Source: Patescibacteria group bacterium (lineage in GTDB: Bacteria; Patescibacteriota; Patescibacteriia; Veblenbacterales; UBA10138). Taken from it: a DNA stretch of 44,588 bases. Below are positions 38,119 to 44,588 of the stretch, piece after piece (within the stretch, counting starts at the first letter, position 1; each line of letters begins with the position of its first letter). Made by a program: the position numbers and the translations under genes. The stretch is taken from NCBI GenBank assembly GCA_043823825.1, contig JBDRTU010000052.1, positions 1 through 44,588 on the forward strand, written 5' to 3'. The notes beneath the pieces are model-generated. The model was not told the origin of the DNA. It ran no database searches and saw only the letters and a list, made by a program, of their open reading frames with translations.

Positions 38119-38194
38119 GGGCCCATAGCTCAGTTGGTAGAGCGCTTCCATGGCATGGAAGAGGTCAGGAGTTCGAGCCTCCTTGGGTCCACCA
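38119..38194 (+). tRNA. tRNA-Ala(GGC)
   Basis: Stem CTTCC/GGAAG, loop ATGGCAT, G3-U70, encoded CCA. Confidence 0.96.
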
Positions 38195-38278
38195 CGTAAA
38201 GCTCACTCGGTTCGGCACGTGGCAAGCCACTTAACGAATCAGCGGGGTTTTTCAGATTTGCTTCCAGACAGTATCCAT

Positions 38279-38294
38279 TGTTCCACGTGGAACA
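38279..38294. promoter_or_regulatory. parS site 2
   Basis: TGTTCCACGTGGAACA. Confidence 0.9.
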
Positions 38295-38550
38295 ATTGGA
38301 GATATTTTGGTAAATTTGGCTAATTTTGGCTAATATTAAGTGTCGTTATATAAAAAGGCCCGACTCATAAAGTGTAATTACTAGTACTTACTTCAAAGTC
38401 GGGCTTTCTCAGGCTAACTCACTGGCACGTACACTATTTGCCCTCACGAAACATTGGTATTTTGAGCCTATGTGATATTAGTCTTTGTGAATTATTTTAT
38501 TTTACCTGTCCAGTACATTAGACTGCACCAGACGAAATTATAATAGCGTA

Positions 38551-38591
38551 TTGACATTTTTTCATTAATACTATATACTAGTATATAGTAT
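38551..38591 (+). promoter_or_regulatory. Promoter with overlapping 24-bp palindromic operator
   Basis: TTGACA-17 bp-TATACT; ATACTATATACT/AGTATATAGTAT at 38568-38591. Confidence 0.8.
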
Positions 38592-38861
38592 ATGAATATA
38601 AAATGTGATATTAAAGAAGTTAGCCAGCAATTTAATCGTTTACAAGGGCAAATTGAGGGTATTGGCAGAATGATACAAGATAAACGAGACTGTTCAGAAG
38701 TAATTCAACAAATTGTGGCAGTCAGGGCAGCGCTGGAGCGGTTGGGACGTTTATTGTTGGAAGCCGAAGCTACTGGATGTTTTGGATCAGGGACTAGCTC
38801 TCAAGATAAAATAAAAAAACTTGAGCGTACAGTTGCTCAATTATTTAAAATTACTTCTTAA
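38592..38861 (+). CDS. CsoR/RcnR family repressor
   Basis: RLQGQIEGIGRMI..RDC..VIQQIVAVRAAL. Confidence 0.92.
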   Translation: MNIKCDIKEVSQQFNRLQGQIEGIGRMIQDKRDCSEVIQQIVAVRAALERLGRLLLEAEATGCFGSGTSSQDKIKKLERTVAQLFKITS

Positions 38862-38887
38862 ATTCTTAACTTTTAATTTATCAAAGT

Positions 38888-39211
38888 ATGCCAGAAATAA
38901 CTTTAACTGATCAAAATTTTGAAGACGAAGTTTTAAAAAGTGAGGTACCGGTATTGGTTGATTTTTGGGCGCCTTGGTGTGGGCCGTGCCGAGCACAAGG
39001 TCCGGTTGTAGAAGAGTTGGCAAAAGAAATGGAGGAGCAGCGTGTTAAAATCGGCTCGCTTAATATTGACGAGAATAGCGCTACTCCTGGTCAGTATAAT
39101 ATTTTAAGTATTCCCACGATTGCCATTTTTAAAAATGGAAAAATTATTGAGCAGTTTGTGGGTGTGCAAGCTAAGGATAAATTAAAGCAGGCGTTAGAAA
39201 AAAACGCTTAA
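38888..39211 (+). CDS. trxA: Thioredoxin
   Basis: VDFWAPWCGPC, SIPT. Confidence 0.97.
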   Translation: MPEITLTDQNFEDEVLKSEVPVLVDFWAPWCGPCRAQGPVVEELAKEMEEQRVKIGSLNIDENSATPGQYNILSIPTIAIFKNGKIIEQFVGVQAKDKLKQALEKNA

Positions 39212-39218
39212 GATTATC

Positions 39219-40211
39219 ATGACTTCAGAAGATAAAAATTTAAAACATTACGATGTTATTATTGTTGGCGCAGGCGCTGCAGGCTTAACCGCAGCGCTTT
39301 ATACTTCTAGGCGAGCAATGAAAACATTATTGATTACAGTTGATATTGGTGGGCAAGCAGCGGCGACTGATGAAATAGAAAATTATCCAGGAGTTGGTTT
39401 GGTTACTGGGCCTGATCTAATGAACAAGTTTAAAGAACAGGCAGAAAAGTTTGGTACACAAATTATTTATGCTGAAGTTAAAAAAATCAGTAAAGACCAA
39501 GAAGATGGAAAATCGCTTTTTACAGTGGCGACTAATACGAAGGAGTTTAAAGGGCATACTATCATTCTAGCTTTTGGTTTGGCGCATCGGCATTTAGGTG
39601 TGCCTGGAGAAGAAGAATTTGGCGCCAAAGGAGTAAGCTATTGCGCTACCTGCGATGCGCCCTTGTTTAAAAATAAGCCAGTAATGGTAGTAGGTGCTGG
39701 TAATTCAGCAGTGGATGCAGCGCTACTGTTGGCGAAGATTTGCCCCAAAGTTTACTTAGTGCACCGTAGTGAAAATTTTAGAGCCGAAGCATATTTGGCA
39801 GAGCAATTAAAGCAAGATAATATTGAACTGGTGTTAAATAGTGAAGTAAAAGAAATAAAAGGCGATCAGCGTGTTAAAAGTGTAGTAGTGCAAGAGAGTA
39901 AACAGCCGGATAAAACAAGGGAAATTAAGGTAGAAGGAGTGTTTGTGGAAATAGGATTTGTTGTAAATGCTAAGTTGATTGGGGGTTTGGTAGAGTTGGA
40001 CGAACGCAAGCAAATTAAAATTTCTCGCGATTGCGAAACATCAGAACCAGGCATTTTTGCCGCTGGCGACATTACTACTATTTCTTATAAACAAATTGTT
40101 ATTTCAGCCGGCGAAGGCGCTACCGCGGCTCTTAAAGCTTATGAGTATTTACAAAAAACCCGCGGTTTCCGCAGCGTAAATATTGATTGGGGAAGGGCTA
40201 GTGGCAAATAG
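39219..40211 (+). CDS. trxB: Thioredoxin reductase
   Basis: GAGAAG, IENYPG, CATCD, GIFAAGD. Confidence 0.95.
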   Translation: MTSEDKNLKHYDVIIVGAGAAGLTAALYTSRRAMKTLLITVDIGGQAAATDEIENYPGVGLVTGPDLMNKFKEQAEKFGTQIIYAEVKKISKDQEDGKSLFTVATNTKEFKGHTIILAFGLAHRHLGVPGEEEFGAKGVSYCATCDAPLFKNKPVMVVGAGNSAVDAALLLAKICPKVYLVHRSENFRAEAYLAEQLKQDNIELVLNSEVKEIKGDQRVKSVVVQESKQPDKTREIKVEGVFVEIGFVVNAKLIGGLVELDERKQIKISRDCETSEPGIFAAGDITTISYKQIVISAGEGATAALKAYEYLQKTRGFRSVNIDWGRASGK

Positions 40212-40267
40212 CCCATGGCTAAATAGCGTATGGCGAATGGCTTATAGTTAAAATAGTTCACAGTAGC

Positions 40268-40393
40268 GTCATTGCGAGTCCGCCTAGGGCGGACGAAGTC
40301 ATCCCTTTGGGAGATCACCCATAGTGTGACAATCTCCCTAAATTATGATTCCCGTCCCTTTTCCTTGTTATTCTCGTGAAAACGGGAATCCAG
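40268..40393. repeat. Cluster of REP-like palindromes
   Basis: GTCATTGCGA-GTCCGCCTAGGGCGGAC, GGGAGAT...ATCTCCC, ATTCTCGTGAAAACGGGAAT. Confidence 0.5.
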
Positions 40394-40614
40394 AAACAAA
40401 ACATTTAATCAGTAATTTCTAATTCGTATAATATACAAACTCTTGACTATATTACGAAAACACTTCGCATAATAACGAGTTATATGAAATTTGTTCACCA
40501 CCTAAAAACGCAGATGCTAACGCAAGATAGAAAAATTGAGAGTTGGCGCCCCTCGATGTTTTCCCTGCTACAATCAGAAAAGCATTTATATAATTCCCCT
40601 TATTCTATAATCAG

Positions 40615-41565
40615 ATGAAAGCAAAAAAGATTGTCCTTGTAGATTATACTGAAGATTCTTTGGAATCAGATGTTCTTGATAGACTAAAGAATCTATCTGT
40701 TTCTTTGGTCTTTGTAAGAAGTAATGAAAAGCAGAATTTATCTAAAGAAATCAAAGATGCAGATGTTCTACTTATCAGATACTTTACCGAAATTGATAAA
40801 GAACTAATTAATCTTTTTCCAAATCTAAAATACATAGGAACAAATGCAATTTCAGTCAGCAAAATTGATGTTGATTATGCAACTTCAAAAAATATAGTCG
40901 TAACAAATGCAGCAGGTTATTGCGATAATGGAATCGCTGAATTTGTTTTTGCTGCTCTCCTCGCCCATGCCAGAGAATTAGAAGTTGCAAGAGCTAATGT
41001 CAAAAAGAACAATTTTGAAGTTGACCAATATCTTGGCTGGGAACTCAAAAACAAAACTTTCGGCGTTATTGGTTTAGGAAGAATTGGTAAACGAGTTGCT
41101 GAAATTGCATTAGGATTAGGCATGAAAGTATTGCATTTTTCCAGAACAAAAAAAGAAGATTTGCAGAAAGAGGGTATCCAATTTCGTAAACTTAATGATT
41201 TATGTAAAGAAAGCGATATTATCGGACTATTCATTCCTGATGACAAAACAACAAGATCAATGATGAATGTAGCAGTTATGAAAAATATTAAAAAAAATGC
41301 TGTTATTGTTTCCATAAGTCATACAGACATCTTTGATTTCAAAAATTTGATGAAAAATCTTAATGACGATAAATTCTGCTTTATTCAAACATATTTCAAC
41401 ACTATCCCAGATGAACATAAAGAAACATTAATGAAAACTAAAAATGCGGTTTTGTATCCTTCAATTGCAATCAAGACCAAAGAAACTATTAAAAAACAAC
41501 AAGATGTACTTGTGGACAATCTACAATCTTTTTTGCAGGGAAAACCTAAGAATAAAGTTAATTAG
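40615..41565 (+). CDS. D-isomer-specific 2-hydroxyacid dehydrogenase family
   Basis: IDVDYA, IAEF, ELKNKTFGVIGLGRIG. Confidence 0.9.
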   Translation: MKAKKIVLVDYTEDSLESDVLDRLKNLSVSLVFVRSNEKQNLSKEIKDADVLLIRYFTEIDKELINLFPNLKYIGTNAISVSKIDVDYATSKNIVVTNAAGYCDNGIAEFVFAALLAHARELEVARANVKKNNFEVDQYLGWELKNKTFGVIGLGRIGKRVAEIALGLGMKVLHFSRTKKEDLQKEGIQFRKLNDLCKESDIIGLFIPDDKTTRSMMNVAVMKNIKKNAVIVSISHTDIFDFKNLMKNLNDDKFCFIQTYFNTIPDEHKETLMKTKNAVLYPSIAIKTKETIKKQQDVLVDNLQSFLQGKPKNKVN

Positions 41566-41657
41566 GGGGCGCCAACTTCTATGTACGGTGGTGAACAAAC
41601 TTGCTCCGCTACGCTTCGCACCTCGCTGCGCTCTCGCTTCACTGCGTTACGCTCGGG

Positions 41658-41759
41658 TCATATAACGTCAGGATTATGAGGAAAATGGCTCGGCTCGCCA
41701 TTTTCCCAAATTTCTTCCGCTACGCTCCAGAAACTTCTCATAATCCTGACGTTATATGA
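41658..41759. repeat. attC-like long hairpin
   Basis: Perfect 23-bp inverted repeat TCATATAACGTCAGGATTATGAG / CTCATAATCCTGACGTTATATGA with AAC...GTT cores. Confidence 0.65.
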
Positions 41760-41783
41760 AATTACTTTTTATTTATTATATTT

Positions 41784-42380
41784 ATGAAACAAACTGAAAA
41801 ATCTAAAAGTGTGAAATGTTTAATTTGTAAAGGATACTTTAAAAGATTAACGGGCGGTCATATTGAAAATGTACATAACTTATCTAAAATGGAATATTTA
41901 AAAGGATTCCCAAACGCAAAGGTTATTTCTGATTATACTAGAAGGTTACAAATTAAAATTCAAAAAAGATTATACATCAATGAAGAGTACCGTAGACGAA
42001 AAGGAAACAGAACGTTTAATTTTATTAGAAATATTAAATTGAGAGGTTTATTACAAAGGGATTATAAATCCGCGAAAGAATGTTTAAAATATAAATTATG
42101 GAAACCCTGCATCATATTGTATGGTAGTATAATTGAAGCGATTATTTTAGAATTTAGCCCTAATTCGAAGACTTATTCAGATGCCTTAAATATTGCGAAA
42201 GAAAATAAATTAATTACCGAAAAAAGTTATTATAAAATTCAAATGATAAGAGATCTACGTAATTATGTACATTTATACAAGGAGTTAAAAGAAACATCTG
42301 ATATTAATGAATATTGGGCTAGAACCTTTTCTGATATTTGTGAATCAGTGATTAATAATTTTAAGATAAATAAAAAGTAA
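41784..42380 (+). CDS. Hypothetical protein: N-terminal C2H2-type zinc finger plus HEPN/DUF4145-like C-terminus
   Basis: CLIC...H....H; ILYGSIIEAIIL; RDLRNYVH. Confidence 0.6.
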   Translation: MKQTEKSKSVKCLICKGYFKRLTGGHIENVHNLSKMEYLKGFPNAKVISDYTRRLQIKIQKRLYINEEYRRRKGNRTFNFIRNIKLRGLLQRDYKSAKECLKYKLWKPCIILYGSIIEAIILEFSPNSKTYSDALNIAKENKLITEKSYYKIQMIRDLRNYVHLYKELKETSDINEYWARTFSDICESVINNFKINKK

Positions 42381-42456
42381 CCTTATACAACAACAGATTG
42401 CCGACTCTTTCATAAAAATAAATTATTTTTTAATTTCTAAATTTTGAATTTCTTTT

Positions 42457-43725
42457 ATGTCTGTATTCAACAATGCCATGCAGCAATTTAAAAAAGCCAC
42501 TGGGTATGCCAAGGTTTCGCCCGAAGCCTTAGAACAGTTAAAAAAACCAGAGCGGGTTTTGCAATTTTCTTTGCCGGTAGTAGTGGATAACGGCACTACC
42601 CGTATATTTGAAGGTTACCGGGTGCAATATTCATCAGCCAGGGGTCCTTACAAAGGCGGATTGCGTTATCATCCCCAAACAAATTTAGACGAGGTAAAAG
42701 CTTTGGCTTTTTGGATGGGAATAAAATGCGCCGTAGTAGATATTCCTTTGGGCGGCGGCAAAGGCGGCATTACAGTTGACCCTAAAAAATTATCTAAAGA
42801 AGAACTTGAGCGTTTAACTCGCGCTTTAACAAGGCGTTTAGTACCTTTTATTGGTCCAGAGCAAGATATTTTAGCGCCAGATGTTAATACTACTCCAGAA
42901 ATGATGGGCTGGATTGTAGATGAATATTCGCGTGTGATTGGCAAAAAAGTACCAGGGGTGGTAACTGGCAAACCATTGGAATTAGGCGGATCTCAAGGCC
43001 GCGCTGAAGCTACGGGTATGGGCGGATTGATGGTGTTAAATGAGCTGGTTAAAAAATTAAAATTAAATCCTAAACAAACCAGAATTATTGTGCAGGGATT
43101 TGGCAATGTTGGTTATAATTTTGCTAAATTGGCTTTTGAGGCAGGTTATAAAATAATTGGTTTATCTGATTCTCAAGGCGGTATTTATTCCAAAAAAGGT
43201 ATAAGTATGGACCCAGAACATGTGATGCAAGACAAAAAAGCCCGCGGTTTGATTGCTGGCTGTTATTGCATGGGTACAGTTTGTGATTGTAAAAATTTTA
43301 AACAAGTTACTAACAAGCAATTATTAGAGTTACCAACAGATATTTTAGTCTTGGCAGCTTTGGAAAATCAGGTAACGGGTGAAAACGCTGGTCGCATTAA
43401 AGCTAAAGTGGTCTTTGAAATGGCTAATGGCCCAACTACACCCGAGGCAGATGTTAAATTGGCTAAGCGAAAAATTATAGTAGTGCCCGATGTTTTAGCT
43501 AACGCTGGCGGGGTAACAGTTTCATATTTTGAATTAGTGCAAAATCTTGGGCAATATTATTGGACAGAAAAAGAAGTAATAGAGAAATTAAAGCCAATTA
43601 TGACTCGGGCGTTTGGTGATATTTGGCAAAAAGCGCAGGAATTGAAAATTGATTTACGCACAGCTGCCTTTGTCTTGGCAGTGGAAAGGATTGGTAAAGC
43701 TATTGAGGCGAGGGGGAGGTATTAG
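42457..43725 (+). CDS. gdhA: Glu/Leu/Phe/Val (glutamate) dehydrogenase
   Basis: GPYKGGLRY, GGGKGG, APDVNT, QGFGNVG, EMANGP, ANAGGV. Confidence 0.95.
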   Translation: MSVFNNAMQQFKKATGYAKVSPEALEQLKKPERVLQFSLPVVVDNGTTRIFEGYRVQYSSARGPYKGGLRYHPQTNLDEVKALAFWMGIKCAVVDIPLGGGKGGITVDPKKLSKEELERLTRALTRRLVPFIGPEQDILAPDVNTTPEMMGWIVDEYSRVIGKKVPGVVTGKPLELGGSQGRAEATGMGGLMVLNELVKKLKLNPKQTRIIVQGFGNVGYNFAKLAFEAGYKIIGLSDSQGGIYSKKGISMDPEHVMQDKKARGLIAGCYCMGTVCDCKNFKQVTNKQLLELPTDILVLAALENQVTGENAGRIKAKVVFEMANGPTTPEADVKLAKRKIIVVPDVLANAGGVTVSYFELVQNLGQYYWTEKEVIEKLKPIMTRAFGDIWQKAQELKIDLRTAAFVLAVERIGKAIEARGRY

Positions 43726-43757
43726 AATATAGAATCTGGAATATAGGGTATAAATAT

Positions 43758-43792
43758 AAACATCCATGTAGTTTTAAAGAATATGGATGTTT
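43758..43792 (+). terminator. Probable terminator after gdh
   Basis: AAACATCCATGT...ATATGGATGTTTT. Confidence 0.6.
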
Positions 43793-43882
43793 TGGCTATT
43801 TTCTTTGACAATTTTAAATATAATGGTAAGATGTAACACTAAATAAAATCGTTATTTTTCAACTTAATAAAAAGAGGATTGT

Positions 43883-44503
43883 ATGAAAGCATCAGATTTT
43901 TTAGCAATGCTGTATTTTTTGGCAATAACAGCTTTTTTGTTTTTTGCGACAGACACTTTTATTGCTTGGACTAGGGCCTATCCATATTTAATGGGGTTTG
44001 CCAAAGTGGCCCTGCTTGCAACTTTTGGTGAATGTTTACGACATCGTATAAGTTTAGGGCAGTGGTTGCCTGATAAGGTTTTTTTGCGATTTGTGGTTTG
44101 GGGAGTTTTTGGTGTTTGGTTTACAGCCGCTTTTCCATTTGTTGATGGTGGTGTAAAAACAATCATGGCAGGTAATTTATGGCCTGATCTTTGGTCCAGT
44201 TTTTCAATGAGTTTGTGGATTAATTTATTTAGTGGTTATGCTTTTTCTATGATGCTTGTTCATTATTGGATAGATCACATGATAAAGTGTGGTTATTTTC
44301 TTGAACCATGGTATATGTTTTCTTTGCATTATGGTAATGGTAGAGAATGGGCCAAAGTAGTTATACTGTCAATAATATTTTTTTGGTTACCTGCTCATAC
44401 TTTTACCTTTTCATTACCGCCAATATGGCGTGTTATTTGCGCAGCGTACCTTGCCGTATTTTTAGGATTGATATTGTCTTTTGCTACCAAAAGACAAAAA
44501 TAA
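43883..44503 (+). CDS. Membrane protein, Mpv17/PMP22-like
   Basis: Multiple TM helices; KVALLATFGE, FFWLPAHTFTFSLP. Confidence 0.7.
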   Translation: MKASDFLAMLYFLAITAFLFFATDTFIAWTRAYPYLMGFAKVALLATFGECLRHRISLGQWLPDKVFLRFVVWGVFGVWFTAAFPFVDGGVKTIMAGNLWPDLWSSFSMSLWINLFSGYAFSMMLVHYWIDHMIKCGYFLEPWYMFSLHYGNGREWAKVVILSIIFFWLPAHTFTFSLPPIWRVICAAYLAVFLGLILSFATKRQK

Positions 44504-44524
44504 TTATCAAATATTTTAAAATAT

Positions 44525-44552
44525 AAGCCAACTCATATCAGTTGGCTTTTTT
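44525..44552 (+). terminator. Intrinsic terminator
   Basis: AAGCCAACT-CATATC-AGTTGGCTTTTTT. Confidence 0.75.
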
Positions 44553-44588
44553 ATTAACCGTAATAATATGTATGACGCGGCACAAGTA

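Noticed and set aside
40203-40247. Degenerate 7-mer tandem repeats (also at 43724-43752)
   Set aside because: Short and degenerate, with no supportable function
111-44166. Many antisense or nested ORFs in the track (e.g. 301..675, 985..1317, 27930..28352, 33884..34330, 40917..41315)
   Set aside because: Shadows of well-supported genes with no recognisable motifs

Overview
Origin-proximal region of a low-GC bacterial chromosome, most likely Patescibacteria/CPR (inferred from gene content, compact spacing and palindromic repeats). The core is dnaN-dnaA / rpmH-rnpA-yidD-yidC, with rpsO-pnp, tyrS, PBP1A, pentose-phosphate genes, trxAB, gdh, five intact tRNAs and two parS sites. Highlights: (1) A complete diversity-generating retroelement (DGR) at about 33.1-36.5 kb with two tandem target genes, one template repeat (17 and 20 substitutions, all at adenines), Avd and an RT. 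It lies inverted between lexA/umuD and a Y-family polymerase gene. (2) avd and RT overlap head-to-head across a G14 tract. Neither has an in-frame ATG, but G15 or G12 puts an ATG in frame for both at once, a candidate single phase-variation switch for hypermutation. (3) Two nested tRNA-Arg loci, where an intact tRNA sits inside a palindrome that interrupts a second tRNA-Arg. (4) An attC-like cassette region at 40.5-42.4 kb and a standalone structured transcript of about 400 nt. All alignments and counts were done by hand and no database searches were run.
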